Source: Octopus bimaculoides
Lineage: Eukaryota
DNA length: 48,172 bases
Assembly: GCF_001194135.2 (NCBI RefSeq)
Contig: NC_068992.1
Coordinates: 26,462,440-26,510,611, forward strand
Direction of reading: 5' to 3'
Under the pieces are notes generated by a model, which had not been told where the DNA came from, did no database searches, and saw nothing but the letters and a program-made list of their open reading frames with translations. Each line of letters opens with the position of its first letter. Within the stretch, counting starts at the first letter, position 1. Shown in pieces: positions 24,284 through 38,277 of the stretch. The position numbers and the translations under genes were made by a program.

Positions 24284-24619
24284 AGTATGTAGCTGCGCTT
24301 CGAAATTTCTTTGTTGTTTGAGTAGATTTGTATTTTACGTCGTTAAGTTGAACACTGCCTTAGAACGCGCACTAATGAGAATCTCCTACTTATCAGTGTT
24401 GTATTGTGTTCATTGTACGTGGGTGACTAATATTGCCCCCAACATTCTTATATATTGCATAAATATCTGCGTGCTACAAACTGATGCATTTATGAATGAA
24501 TGTATTGTCTGGAAAGCTATTCCGATAGTTTGAATGTATCATGAGCACTAAATTCATACAATATTTATGAGTGATAAAACTGAATTTTGTTTTATCTCTG
24601 TCATCTACACTCATCTTAG

Positions 24620-25370
24620 AGTTTTCCATGAAGTTCCCCCTTCCTGGAAGTGCCCCTCATCCTCGAACATTTCCAGGAAGTTCATTCTCCAACCTCGGAC
24701 TTTTCCAGAAGATGCCCGTCTCCTCGGACTTTTCCAGGATCTTCCACACACCATCGGATTTTCCAGGAATTTCTTTCCCCTCATCGACTTTTTTCAGGAA
24801 GTTCTACTTCAAAATTTTCAAGGAAGTCCCAATCCTCGGACTTTCGAGGAAGTTCTTTCCCCATCCTCGGAGTTTTCCAGGAAGTTTCACCTCCCCTTCC
24901 TTTTCCTCTTCTCTGATTTTTCAGGAAACCTCCCTCCTCGAACTTTTCCAGGAGGTCCCCTCAGCTATCCCAGCTCAGACTTTTACAGGAAGTTACCATT
25001 CTTCCTCTCCTCGGAGTTTTCCAGGAAGTCCCCTATCCTCTCTCATTCCTCGGTTTCTCAGAGCACTGTGGTGTTACTCTCCCCGGACTTATCCAGAAAT
25101 TTCCACCTCGAACTCTTCCAGGAAATTCCCCGTTTCCCCGGACTTTTCCACGAATTTCCCCTCCTCCGGATTTCCCAGGAAGTTCCCCTCGTCGAACTCT
25201 TCTAGGAAGCTCTGCTTCTCCAGACTTTTCCATGAAGAAGTTGCCCTCCTCGTACACTTCCAGGAAGTTCTTTCCCCCTCCTTGGACTTTTGCAGGAAGT
25301 TCCTCCTATCCTTGAACTCTTCAGGCATTTTCCGCCTCCTCGGAATTTCCTCCTCCCATGAAAGCCTCGG
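24620..25370 (+). repeat. Degenerate ~30-bp minisatellite, consensus approx. CCTCGGACTTTTCCAGGAAGTTCCCCCT
   Basis: About 25 imperfect units over ~750 bp; recurring CTCGGA/CTCGAA and TTCCAGGAAG. Confidence 0.9.
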
Positions 25371-25409
25371 ATAGTTCTTGGATGACCAGTTTTCTTTAGT
25401 TGAAGGTAG

Positions 25410-25840
<431 letters not shown>

Positions 25841-25843
25841 ACT

Positions 25844-26378
25844 ATGGAATAACAACAGAAAGAAGATGGTATGAGCACACGCCAGGAAAGGTCATAGAAA
25901 ACAAGAAAACAACCATATTATGGGATATGCTAATACACACAGATAGAGAAATTAAGGCCAATAGGCCAGATGTAGTTGTCAGAGATCATGAGGAATAAAA
26001 ATGCTTTCTAAGTGATGTATCCATACCAGCAGATGACAACGTTTTTCTAATAGAAATGGAGAAACTTTCAAAGTACAAAGACCTGGAAATAGAGGTAACT
26101 CAAATGTGGAATCTAAAAACAGAAACAATTCCTATCATAGTAGGTGCCTTAGGTATAATGAAACAATATTCAGACACATATGTAACAAAGACACCAGGAC
26201 TTAGAAATATATATAACATACAGAAAATTGCACTACTATGCACCGCACACATCCTACGCAAAATACTTTCAATACAGTAACCATAAGTGCATCACAGCAA
26301 ACCACAGCACATACTCAAGGCACACAGAGCTGCGCTTGGTAGTGGAGTTAAAGCACGTTGTAAAAATAAAACTACTGA
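25844..26378 (+). mobile_element. 5'-truncated R4/Dong-like LINE: restriction-like endonuclease domain, 3' UTR, (TAA)n tail
   Basis: WYEHTP..VIEN...ILWD..IHTDREIKANRPDVV...D.SIP...EKLSKYKDL...PIIVGALG...QKIALLCTAHILRKIL* (PD..D..K type RLE); one in-frame TAA near 25995; (TAA)n on both sides. Confidence 0.85.
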
Positions 26379-26409
26379 ATAATAATAATAATAATAATAN
26401 NNNNNNNNN

Positions 26410-26452
<43 letters not shown>

Positions 26453-27350
26453 TAACTAGCAGATGGGAACAGAAACTTCTACATGGCAAGTATGTGGCCC
26501 GTAGCAAACAAGCTGATGTCGACCAGAAACACACGCAACAATGTTACGAAGCTCAGGATTAAAAGCAGAGAGTGAAGATTTCATATTAGCTGCTCAAGAC
26601 TAAAGCTTATTAACCCGGAACTACCAAGCCAATGTGATAAAAAATGGAGCTGACACAAAATGCTGATTCTGTAACGATGAGATTGAAACTATAGACCACC
26701 TAATCTCAGGGTGTAGAGTCTTAGCACCTGTAGATTATAAAGCAAGACATGACAGAGTCGACCAGTATTTACCCTGGACAATATGTCGGCATTATAAAAT
26801 CAAAACCGCTGACAAAACAGCTGAAGCTGTGACTGAGGCAGAAAAAGTATCGATTCTCTGGGACTTTCCCGTACATACCGACAAAACTATAAAAGCTAAT
26901 AAACCGGATATTATTATNNNNNNNNNNNNNNNNNNNNNNNNNNNNNNNNNNNNNNNNNNNNNNNNNNNNNNNNNNNNNNNNNNNNNNNNNNNNNNNNNNN
27001 NNNNNNNNNNNNNNNNNNNNNNNNNNNNNNNNNNNNNNNNNNNNNNNNNNNNNNNNNNNNNNNNNNNNNNNNNNNNNNNNNNNNNNNNNNNNNNNNNNNN
27101 NNNNNNNNNNNNNNNNNNNNNNAGTAACAAATCGTGTTAACTGGAATAACTCATGTACTGAGAAGAGCATTATCGCTGTGAAAACAACGTCCATTCATGA
27201 ATTTATTTATATATTAATTTTTTTGAAATACATATTTTACCAGTGAATTTGCGTGTGTAAACTGGGAATGCATACAATAAGCTTCTCTACCCTAGATGTA
27301 TGGAAAATACTCGGCGAGAAATGGAAGAAAATTTGAAGAGAGAAGAAAAC
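26453..27350 (+). mobile_element. 5'-truncated R4/Dong-like LINE of a different subfamily: CCHC knuckle + RLE, spanning a gap
   Basis: WEQKLLHGKY...LKAESE.FILAAQD...C*FCNDEIETIDHLISGC (CCHC)...RHD...ILWDFPVHTDKTIKANKPDII; after the gap TGITHVLRRALSL*; 3' UTR then (AAT)n from 27351. Confidence 0.85.
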
Positions 27351-27421
<71 letters not shown>

Positions 27422-27422
<1 letters not shown>

Positions 27423-28910
27423 AGACACTATCAGAAATGTGAATAAAAATGATAAGCAATTAGAAAGCTGCAGGACCTGGTGGTGTACAGGTATATGGGA
27501 TAAACAAACTTCAGCAGATGCTATAAATTGATTGCATAGCAATTTAATTAATTGATCAATGAAGAAAGGAATCAAGTGCTGGTTGACGAAAGGACGAACG
27601 GTGTTGTGTCTGAAGGATGCAGCAAAGAGAAATGCTGCTGACAACAACAGACCAATTTCCTGCCCCCCATTAATATGGAAGTTACTGTCAGGAGGAATTG
27701 TAGAAGAGCTATAAATTTCTTGGTGAGAAGGATATATTACCGGCGGAACTTGAAGGCTGTAGAAGTAGACGCGGAGGTACCAACGATCAACTATTGATAA
27801 ACAAAATGTTAAGGTAGGATTTTAAACGGACAAATCTGCAAATGGCCTGAATTGACTATCGCAAAGCCTATGATATGATTCCACATCCGTGGACCATTGA
27901 ACACTTAGATCCGTTTGGAATTGTAAGGAATGCAATGTGTTTCTGAAGAGAAGTATGGTGGCATGCAAAACTGAAGTGACATCTTACGGAAAAAGGCTTG
28001 GGAACCCTAGGTATCAGAAGAGTGGCTTTTCCCGGGTGATAACCTATCTCCGATGCTTTTTGATCTCTGCATGATACGCTTGTCCTTGGCACTTAGGACA
28101 ATTAACCTGGGGTAACAACTGAAGGAAATATCCCAATCTATCGAATACCTCTCTTTATGAATAATTTGAAACTGTATGGCAAAGATGAGACTCAAGTGCG
28201 TTTTTTGGTGAACACGGTCCACTGCTTTAGTACTGATATTAGAATGCAATTTGGGCTTACGAAATGCGGAATAATCTACCTAAAAAGTGGCAAAGTACAG
28301 TGCTTAGCAGGGATTGAATTACCGAAGAGAAACTTGATTAAACAAATTGAAATGGAATGATACGAATACCTTGGTGTTCTAGAGTTCAACGAGATAATGG
28401 AAAAAGAAATGAAAGAGAACTGAGGACAGAGTTTTCTGAAGACTGAGGTTGATGTTGCGCTCAAATTTGACTGGATGGAATAAAATCCAAGCAGTTAATA
28501 CATGGGCGATGTCATGACTTCGGTATGGAGCGGGAATTATAAAATGACAAAAGAAAGAAGTGATGAAAATGGAAAAGAAGACCAGAAGAACGTTGACAGT
28601 ACACGGAGCTTTCCAATCTAAAAGTGACACCAGTAGGTTGTACTTGACCATAAGAAAGGGTGGGAGAGGTTTAATCGGCTGCCAGGACTGTATTGAAGCA
28701 GAGAAGAACGGCTTAGTGTGGTATATAAAAATGTCGTGGAGTCACTGTTGAAACACACGAAGAAGGCCGGAGGTATCAACCCTGAAAATTGTGGAACTAA
28801 AGAACAATTTAAACAAGAAATGAACAAAAGGAAGAAAAAGCATGAAGGGAAAAGAAAATGTACTGTCAGTTTGCAAAAGATGTGGACGCCGAGGAAGATA
28901 CAGAATGTAG
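27422..28910 (+). mobile_element. Decayed reverse-transcriptase region of an R4/Dong-like LINE
   Basis: [55 protein letters not shown] (YMDD position), IRMQFGLTKC, YLG, SRLYLTIRKGGRGLIG; many stops and frameshifts; starts at the edge of an (AAT)n tract. Confidence 0.85.
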
Positions 28911-30354
28911 TGACAATTTGTTTTTAAGTGTTGCCTATTAATATATGCTATACTGAGAGCTGCATTTAATATATTCAAAATCATATATCATAATGAATAA
29001 AATGATTTAAAGAATATTAATCGCTTATCAAAAATGGAAGTATTTAATCGGCGCGGTACCTCTTTTTCTTATGAATAATAATCTATCACACTTCTAGGTT
29101 TCCTTTACCTCCACTGTATTTCAGCATCTTCGATCATCGGTAGTCCTTCAATGTTTCAAAGATTGGATGCTATTATCATCACACAATTGTTGTTCTTTTG
29201 TTTACCTGATAAGGTTTGAGTAGATGCCAAACAATCTCTGTAAAAGACACTAAGTAGATAGTTTTCTGAATCCTACTTAAGCCACTAAAGGAGTTTCTGA
29301 AAATTAAGTTGAAATATCAATTTAGTTTTATTCCCAAATATATTCTTCAACTTAGTTTCAGTTATTTAAAATAGCAGTAAATAAATTCTTCTTCTGTTTG
29401 ACTGAATAGGAAAATTGCTTTGTTCTTAGCAAAATTAAGAGTCACGGATGGAAGCATACAATTAAGTAAATGCATCAAAGAAACGATATATATTAAAATG
29501 GTTTAGCTCTCTATAAGCAATTATATGTAAGCATTGAAGCATTGTCACTTTAAGTGAGCCTTTTCTAAAGAACTTTAACAAATCTAATTTTTACACATAC
29601 ACGCGCACGGACACTCACGCACGCGACATATACACACACACACATACACACATGTAATGAGATTGGAAAGAGAATATAATAGGTTTATACAGTAGACAAA
29701 CAGGAAAGAAACAATTCATTTAATTTAAGTTCTTGTCTCAATTGTTGCAGGTTAGATGCCTATTAGCGACATTTTAAATTGAAGGTTGGATAGTTTAGCC
29801 TTTCATTAAATTGAGGGATGCAAAAAAAACTAGTCTAAAAAGCCGAATTGGTTTCTTTTATAGTATGTTAAGTCATAGAAATGTCTATTTTTATCTGAAT
29901 AATCTGAGGTATGAATGTAAAATAATTTAATGAAATTGCATTGAAATTTCCAGAGGTAGTATCGTAAGTTCTTAAATATGAACGAACTCAGTTCAACCGT
30001 TATAAACCTGTTCGAGAAAGTGGTTTACACTGTGAATATTGACGGTATGGTGTGGTGTAAACAATTGGCTACTACACCCATGGGTCCCAACGAAGGCTAA
30101 ATCATTTGACTCTCAAAAACACATTTCATAAGTAATTGTAATTATCTCTGTTTCATGAAGACCACTCATAAATTCACTCAGATAAACATAATCATGAAAT
30201 CATTTAACGATGGCTGTTTTTGATGTTATTGTTAACGTGCATTTTGCTGTTTGGCCACGAATTAGCACTAAACGAGCTAACCTATGAGCAAATATCACTG
30301 TCATTCTGATTTTTCATATCTTCATGTTACGCAATGTGTTCCTTTTCTAACATT

Positions 30355-30574
30355 CTTTTCTCGTCTAGGCTCAAGGCCTGAAATCTTTTGGTGGGAGGGG
30401 CCCAGTCGATTAGATCGACTCCAGTACGCAGCTGGTACTTAATTAATTTGTTGACCCCGAAAGGATGAAAGGCAAAGTCGACCTCGGCGGAATTTGAACT
30501 CAAAACGTGAGGACAGGCGAAATACCAATAAGCATTTAGTTCGGTGTGCTAACGTTTCTGCCAGCGCGCCGCCC
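30355..30574 (-). mobile_element. Near full-length SINE (family of 23191-23428)
   Basis: GACCCCGAAAGGATGAAAGGCAAAGTCGACCTCGGCGGAATTTGAACTC...CTAACGTTTCTGCCAGCGCGCCGCC is the reverse complement of the family head and core. Confidence 0.88.
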
Positions 30575-31258
30575 TTTCTGACAAATTGTTGGAGAGAGAT
30601 TTGAGGGAGCTCTCGCTGAAATACTTAGTCATGTGATCACGTTGACGTTCCCCAGTTAACATGGGTGATAATGGTAGATTCTGAAGATATTATTTTAAAG
30701 TATGACTATTCTTATTTCAATTTATTTGTCATGATATTTTAGTGTTTTTCCTTTCTTTTAAATGTGTTACATCACTTTCTGTATTTCAATGTTAGATAAA
30801 ATTAAAATTACTCTTCATTTACATTTTGTCTGTCGTTCTCAGCCATTCCTCTCCTCTCCCAAACTTTCTCTCATTCTTCACAACATAGCTCTCATGCATC
30901 GTCAAATATTCCTTCTTAAATCCTAAGAAATGTGAAATAAACCATACACTTATGCGATAAAGGTTTGCATACAAAATATATTTCATAGATAAATATGAAA
31001 TATGGTGAGCAACATATTTGATTTTTAGTTTAGTATCGTAACTGATACACAATAGTGTCGTTATGATTAACAGTTAGCACGCGTGTGTTTTTTGTTCACA
31101 ATATTCTCATGGGAATATTGAAGAAAAGAATAGGACAAATATTAGTTGGGCGACGTTTGCAGAGTAGAACTTATGCGGATTCTCGAAGATGCAAGCCGAT
31201 GAAAGATATACACATGCATACATACATACATACATACAAACATACATACATACATACA

Positions 31259-31293
<35 letters not shown>

Positions 31294-32695
31294 GTGTACG
31301 TATGTGTGAACACGAAGCTTTCCGCGCAGTTTCCGTCCACAAAGTCACAACTACAAAGCAACGATCAACCTACATTCATGTAGAAAGAAACGTGTGCAGT
31401 GACCTGCATAATAATCTCAAGCAAAGAACCATATAAATAGGAATTGCACATTCAAACTTGCCCTAAATTTGGTGCATGAATTATTAAGTTCATAATTCAT
31501 ACAAAAATGTTCTATGGTCTCACAGCTTTCGTAAGTGTGGCTTTCGTTATACAAAAATTTCCACGTGTTATTTAAGATTATTCAATGCTGTTTTCTATTG
31601 GTTACTCTCCTGTCTGACCAATTTAAATTGTACTCTTTATTGAAAGTTTCCATTGAGGCCATGGCTATTCATGGCTTTAATATTTCTTTAATTCAGTCAA
31701 CGGGTACCCAGAAATTACTGTCCAGTTCTCCACTGTAGTAAGACGGAAGTCTGTTAAAGCGACCAGATAAAAGCCTGTGCTATCTCTCACGGTTAACAAT
31801 TTATGTGGATAGTAAGGATTTCAAGAGAACGTTTTGTTGTCACAATGATAAATGTTATTGAATAGTAAAAGTGGCCACTGCCGCACGTTGCAGAATTCTT
31901 GATTGTCACCAACACCTAAAAACAAAGGTGTCTTACAAATCTTACATTAAAAGACACGGTCGATACATTAACAATAGTTTATGCTTGTGATGTACGCTTT
32001 ATAAATTACTGGTTGTATATGTTCTTTGAATATATTTTAATGTTAAACTACAAAATAAAATATAGCCAGTATGATTAGTTCAATTAACCAGTTTAATATA
32101 AAGTGCCTGCTATAATTCTATGTAAATGATTTATTCAAGAAGGCTGAGGAGTCTTCTATTCTTTGTAATATATCGCTCCAATTAATGTACAAACAAAACA
32201 TTCTTCAATAAATGCTGTATCGATTACATCAGTACATATGTATATGACAGATAATATAGTATTAAATTATCTTTCGGAGAATAAAATAGCGAAACGTTGC
32301 TATGCATTTGATAAATGTTGTGGAAAAGAATGAATGTTATTCATCAATGTTTAGTGGCATATTTTCTTTGACAGCAATTCCAAACTAATAAATATATCTG
32401 AACAATATAGAAAACGAGGAAAATCTAAGTAAATGTAGCAATTTATACAGTCTACCTATACTATTAACTGACAACAACATCGTTTACTATCACTTCTCTT
32501 ATTCAGATACAGGAAGATAACAAACACTATATTCTGCAAAAGTGTTTATTAATGTATTTGATTCACAGAAATATTTATGCTCTGGTTTATTCACTCCGAC
32601 TTTATTGTCGGAATGTGTTTATCCATTTATTCGGTGTCTATAGTCTTCCAATAAATATTCCTTTCTCAGCAAAAGTATGTTTAAGGTTCATGCGC

Positions 32696-32736
<41 letters not shown>

Positions 32737-33473
32737 NNNNNNNNNNNNNNNNNNNNNNNNNNNNNNNNNNNNNNNNNNNNNNNNNNNNNNNNNNNNNNNN
32801 NNNNNNNNNNNNNNNNNNNNNNNNNNNNNNNNNNNNNNNNNNNNNNNNNNNNNNNNNNNNNNNNNNNNNNNNNNNNNNNNNNNNNNNNNNNNNNNNNNNN
32901 NNNNNNNNNNNNNNNNNNNNNNNNNNNNNNNNNNNNNNNNNNNNNNNNNNNNNNNNNNNNNNNNNNNNNNNNNNNNNNNNNNNNNNNNNNNNNNNNNNNN
33001 NNNNNNNNNNNNNNNNNNNNNNNNNNNNNNNNNNNNNNNNNNNNNNNNNNNNNNNNNNNNNNNNNNNNNNNNNNNNNNNNNNNNNNNNNNNNNNNNNNNN
33101 NNNNNNNNNNNNNNNNNNNNNNNNNNNNNNNNNNNNNNNNNNNNNNNNNNNNNNNNNNNNNNNNNNNNNNNNNNNNNNNNNNNNNNNNNNNNNNNNNNNN
33201 NNNNNNNNNNNNNNNNNNNNNNNNNNNNNNNNNNNNNNNNNNNNNNNNNNNNNNNNNNNNNNNNNNNNNNNNNNNNNNNNNNNNNNNNNNNNNNNNNNNN
33301 NNNNNNNNNNNNNNNNNNNNNNNNNNNNNNNNNNNNNNNNNNNNNNNNNNNNNNNNNNNNNNNNNNNNNNNNNNNNNNNNNNNNNNNNNNNNNNNNNNNN
33401 NNNNNNNNNNNNNNNNNNNNNNNNNNNNNNNNNNNNNNNNNNNNNNNNNNNNNNNNNNNNNNNNNNNNNNNNN

Positions 33474-33507
<34 letters not shown>

Positions 33508-34000
33508 AGGAATTTATTTTCTTTTAACTAAATATATTCCTTAATACATTTTCATGGAACAAGTTTGAAACGACTCTTTATGAGTGGGGAGTTAATTACG
33601 GAATAATGACCTCTCTTGACTGACTTTATTAGAATAACATTTGTTTTTTCGAGTTCGGCAGCATTTGCATAGGGTTGAGAAATTTCTCAGCGACAGATAA
33701 TTGCTTTAATAGCAGGAAAATGAGCTAATAGTAAATGATTCACGAGTCTGTAGTTTAGAGGTTAATTACAGTCTCGAAAGGAGGTGTACAGTATGCAGTA
33801 AATATGAATTCTTAATATGTTAAAATAATTTCGGAGAGAGAATGTAAGCAAAAACTTACTGATGATTGTGAAATTGAATGAGAAGGGGCGATAATTTCAA
33901 AAGATTAAATATTGTCTTAATTAAATGCCATGGCATAGGCAAAAGACATTATATTTTGTTGTTGTTGTTGTTGTTGTTTTGTTGGAAGGGGCGGTTGGAA

Positions 34001-34109
34001 GGCAAGACCGCTAAGAAATCATAATAAATATATATGTGTTGTTATACACATATGGGCAAGACCGCTATGAAATCATAATAAATATATGTTTTGTTATACA
34101 CATATGGGC
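34001..34109 (+). repeat. Tandem duplication of a ~54-bp unit (2 copies)
   Basis: GGCAAGACCGCTA.GAAATCATAATAAATATAT...TTGTTATACACATATG at 34001 and 34055. Confidence 0.9.
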
Positions 34110-34355
34110 TCTCTTTACACCCAAGTGTATAGAAACTCAACTAATTACCAAAAACATAGAGTAAGCTTTAAATTAGAGTGTCAATCGAATCCATGTTAGT
34201 GATAAACAATAGGAGTATCGGAGATAAAATTTATAAGACAAATTCCTCATGCATAACACATAAAGCAGAACAGCAGATACAGTAGTATAGTTACAAAATG
34301 TTTACTTAACATCAAGCTTCAATTCGTGTTCTATTCTAACGTTACACAAGTGTCT

Positions 34356-34412
34356 AGTGATACGGTAAATTTGAACACATCTTGCGTGGAAGTGATACGG
34401 TAAATTTGAACA
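34356..34412 (+). repeat. Direct repeat AGTGATACGGTAAATTTGAACA with 35-bp period
   Basis: Exact copies starting at 34356 and 34391. Confidence 0.9.
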
Positions 34413-36133
34413 GTCAGTGCGGAAGTCCATCATAAGAACCCTTTCTTTTTGCAGGATAATACACTTAATCTGTCTTCGAGTTTAACGTTGACAATTTGGC
34501 AAAATCGTTTCATTTTACGAAAACCATGCTCTTGCAAGTAGAGACCAGGTCGAATTTTCGATCTGAGAATAACTTCCTTACTCCATTCTAGAAGTCTTAG
34601 GGTTTGTTGTAAAAGTCGTTTTCGCTATCATTTACCCCGTAATTGTGTGATATACCAGCCACATTAATGATGTCAGTCATGCCACATTGCTCTTGAAATA
34701 CACAGAAGTAGGTGAAATGGAATATTTTCAGAAGCGACATATAAACTGGTTTTCACTTGTGTGAATCTCAATCTTGAAGCAGAGAATTCTCCAGCTTGAT
34801 AAGAGCTAAACGTATGGAAGAAAGTATATCTCATCTAAACAGTAGCTTTTAGATATTTGGTACTTTTGGCTGTTTTTCTGAATTATGACAGCGTTCAATT
34901 TCTCCCCACTTGAGTTTGAACTACTTATCTAGCAACTGTGTTCTGATAAAAAAAAAACTAGTAATTTGCTCGATGGCCGTGGGATGGAATGTAACATGCT
35001 CCAAAATTTAAAGTTACTTCTTGACTGCTGATATGGAGTCTAAAATAATTCACAGATGAGACTGTACATTAGCTATATTAATAAATCTTACTCAAGTCCC
35101 TGTATACCTTATTTAAAAGAGAAGGGGAACAGTAATTAATGTAGTAATGAATGTATTGTGCTATTTTGGGAAAACAAGGGATTATATATCTGCTAACTCA
35201 CGGGTGATCTGTCAATAGACATGAAAAAAGAAAACAATAATTATACTGTTAATGTACGTAAGCTTGTAAATCCTAAAAGTTTAAGTAGTAATCCTACACG
35301 ATTATTCGATGTAATATTCTCATTATCGTTATTTCCTCTTAGCGGTTTATGTTTACTAATGATGATAGTATATGGCGATTATTAGGTTATTGGTCGGCTT
35401 AACACATGGAGTATTTTGTTTTAGAATATTCGAAAAATTTCCCCTATCCTTTATTTGCGATATATTCGAGATTTCTAATACAGTTCATGCTTGGTATGTG
35501 CTTCTAATTTCCTTTCTAGTTTCTGTTTTTTTTTATTATTATTATTCTGTTGCATGTGAAGTATCTGTGCTATTGGTTTTTCCTTCTTAAGCCGATAACT
35601 ACAAAAAGATTTTCTTTTGCAAATCAATTGCACACACCATATCGATCACACGCTTATAACGACTAAATTGATTCGGCAACCAAGATAAGAAGGCTGCTTG
35701 ACGTTTCATAATTTTGATGTCTCAAGGAATACCTGTGACACAATTTCTTTACTTCGATATTGAATTTTAAAGAACATTTTCTAAATATCTATATTTAAAA
35801 AAAAAAACTCATTGCAAAGATTTTGTAATGTGTTCTTGCGTATCATTGTGTAACAAATAACCCTTACGTAAGTATTTAATTATGTGATATGTACTAACTT
35901 TCTTTCTCTCTCTAATATCGCCGTTTTCCTTCACCCTTGCATTTCAGAGATATTTTTGCTCCTTTTCTCATTCGTATACATTTTTTCAGATTCATATCTT
36001 ACAATAAAATTTCTTCGTATTTTTCATCTCTTCTGTTTCGTATTATTAATATCATCATTATTATTATTATCATTATTATTATTATTATTATCATCATCAT
36101 TATTATTATTATTATTATTATCATTATTACTAT

Positions 36134-37040
36134 TGAAAACGGCGTACAATATCCGATATCGTGAGGTTGTCGATTGAAGATATCGTGTCTACCGGGGTTT
36201 TTACTGTTTGTCAAATCACCACAAGGGTTTCAGAAAGACAGTACTTTATGCAATATGTGTACAGTTCCAAGCAAAGCCGATTTTTGCAATAAACCTAAAT
36301 TGTAGGGTATTTCTAAAGTTTCCAGGTGTCTCTTCCTGTTGCGTGGTATTGAATACAATGCTCCGACGCCAACAGAGACAAACTTTATGTTCGATTCTCT
36401 TAGCTGCCGCATCGTGGAGATCTCAATTCTTAGATCTCCGTATTTATCAGTCTTTTTCTTTTTTCATGATGATATGTTGATCTGCCGGCACTGCTACGTC
36501 AATTATTAGGCATTATTGTTTGTCCCCTCTAAAGTTTATATATCTGGCTTTCGGTGGTCTAACACCTTGACTGTTTGGAAGTCAAACGCCCAGAAGACTT
36601 TTGCCTTCCCCTTTTCGTCCATTTCCTTTCGGGTGTATGGTGTTACGAAGCACCCGTTACCTCGTATCCATACTTTCGGTATAGCATAGTAGACAATGAA
36701 GGTTTTGGGCTACCTTGTCCTGACTACTCTTTCTGTAAAAGACTTTCAGAAGCACTAAAAATATGAGTCCCGTTTTCGACCTTGCAGACGCTCGTTGCTC
36801 TTGTGTGGTATATATCCCGAGTTGGTATTCAATGCCTGATCCTGGGCAATGAGGATTAGATTTTCAGTCTTCTTTTAAAGGTGTTACTTGCTCAGTCATC
36901 TCCTTGGTGCTTCTTGGTCTTCTACGTTGTTAGTTTCAAAGTGGAACGGACCGTGTAATTCCATGCGGAGTAGAGTTTCTTCTCTCTCGTTAACTATTCG
37001 CGATCGGAATTCAATATCACTCACAAGTTTTTTTATGGTA
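36134..37040 (-). mobile_element. 5'-truncated R4/Dong-like LINE with (TAA/TGA)n tail
   Basis: Minus strand: ELHGPF...KKTENLILIAQDQALNTN...DFQTVKVLDHRKPDI...IIDVAVPAD...KYGDLRIEI...VGVGALYSIP...LLQKSALLGTVHILHKVLSF*; tail = (ATT/ATC)n at 36041-36133 on plus. Confidence 0.82.
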
Positions 37041-37114
37041 AAGCTTTCTGCATTAGTATATTTTTGTTGTTGCTGTTGTTGTTATTGTTATTTGGTGGCA
37101 AACAAAAGAAAGCT

Positions 37115-37115
37115 G

Positions 37116-37152
<37 letters not shown>
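37115..37152. repeat. (CAT)n microsatellite
   Basis: Perfect CAT run. Confidence 0.95.
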
Positions 37153-37154
<2 letters not shown>

Positions 37155-37594
37155 CAACGTCGTAATTTCGAGTTGACAAAATCATGGATTCTCAGCATTA
37201 TCAGTACACCCATCATAGCCACCAACATTACAAACAAAAGCAAACCCTATTCTAGACTCAAAACAACAAAACCTCAAATTGCGTATGTTAAGGAGGATCG
37301 TAAACTCAAAATTATGGAAACGCACAACAAATTAATGAATAAATATATTTATATATACACATACATACATACACACATGTATGCATGCATGCATGCATAC
37401 ATACATACATACATACAAGCATGCATGCATGCATACATACATGCATGCATACATACATACATACATACATACATACATACATACATACATACGGGTTTCA
37501 GCCATAGGCTGAGGGCATGCTAGTGCACTGCCTTTACTGAATCCGGGGATTTTTCGAGTATTATTGATTCTGGTGAAGTAGCGTGTTGGACACT

Positions 37595-37652
<58 letters not shown>

Positions 37653-37656
<4 letters not shown>

Positions 37657-37809
37657 AGAAGGGACGACCTCTAAAGTGGACATCCGATATGCTAGAAAGA
37701 GGTCATCAACGTCCGAACTACAAAGAAAAATAATGTTCTCAGGGTTGGGTCGATGATGACCTCTTTCTAGCATATCGGATGTCCACTTTAACGGTCATCC
37801 TTTCTTATA
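37653..37809. mobile_element. Short MITE-like fold-back element with long inverted repeats and TA-containing ends
   Basis: 37-bp perfect inverted repeat TAAAGTGGACATCCGATATGCTAGAAAGAGGTCATCA (37672-37708 / 37754-37790), extending imperfectly to TATAAGAA / TTCTTATA. Confidence 0.8.
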
Positions 37810-38241
37810 CACATGTAATAAAAATTTTCTGAATTTTCAGATTTTTTTTAATAAGCCACTTGGTTTTAAATTGAATTAATATTCAATTTATCACCCTCTA
37901 TATATATATTAAGAAGGAGCAGGATGTAGTCAGAATTATGGTATAATTAACTGTTTTGCGTTTACCTCCCGTCCCGTAGAACCCTCAGGAATTATATCTT
38001 TATACATCATTTATGCATTTGATATATATCTTCGTTGAAACAATCTGGAGTTTAATGTGGAAGAGAAGAGTCTTTGTTGTTTTATATGTATATGTGTGTA
38101 TACATATACGTGTTGATGTGTGTGTGTGTGTGTGTGTGTGAGTGCGTGTGCGTGTGTTTGTGCGCGTGTGTACGAATGTGTGGTGAATTTTTGCAGGCGT
38201 GGTTAGCGGAAAACAATGAAACAGAGGAAGAGAGAAATGAC

Positions 38242-38277
<36 letters not shown>

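Noticed and set aside
24567-25374. 212-aa and 267-aa ORFs over the minisatellite; also a CRISPR-like look
   Set aside because: Several frames stay open because the pyrimidine-rich unit lacks stops; units are degenerate without unique constant-length spacers, there are no cas genes and the context is eukaryotic.
36888-37523. 211-aa ORF with poly-His and poly-Cys
   Set aside because: Composite of antisense LINE sequence, (TTG)n, (CAT)n and (TACA)n repeats.
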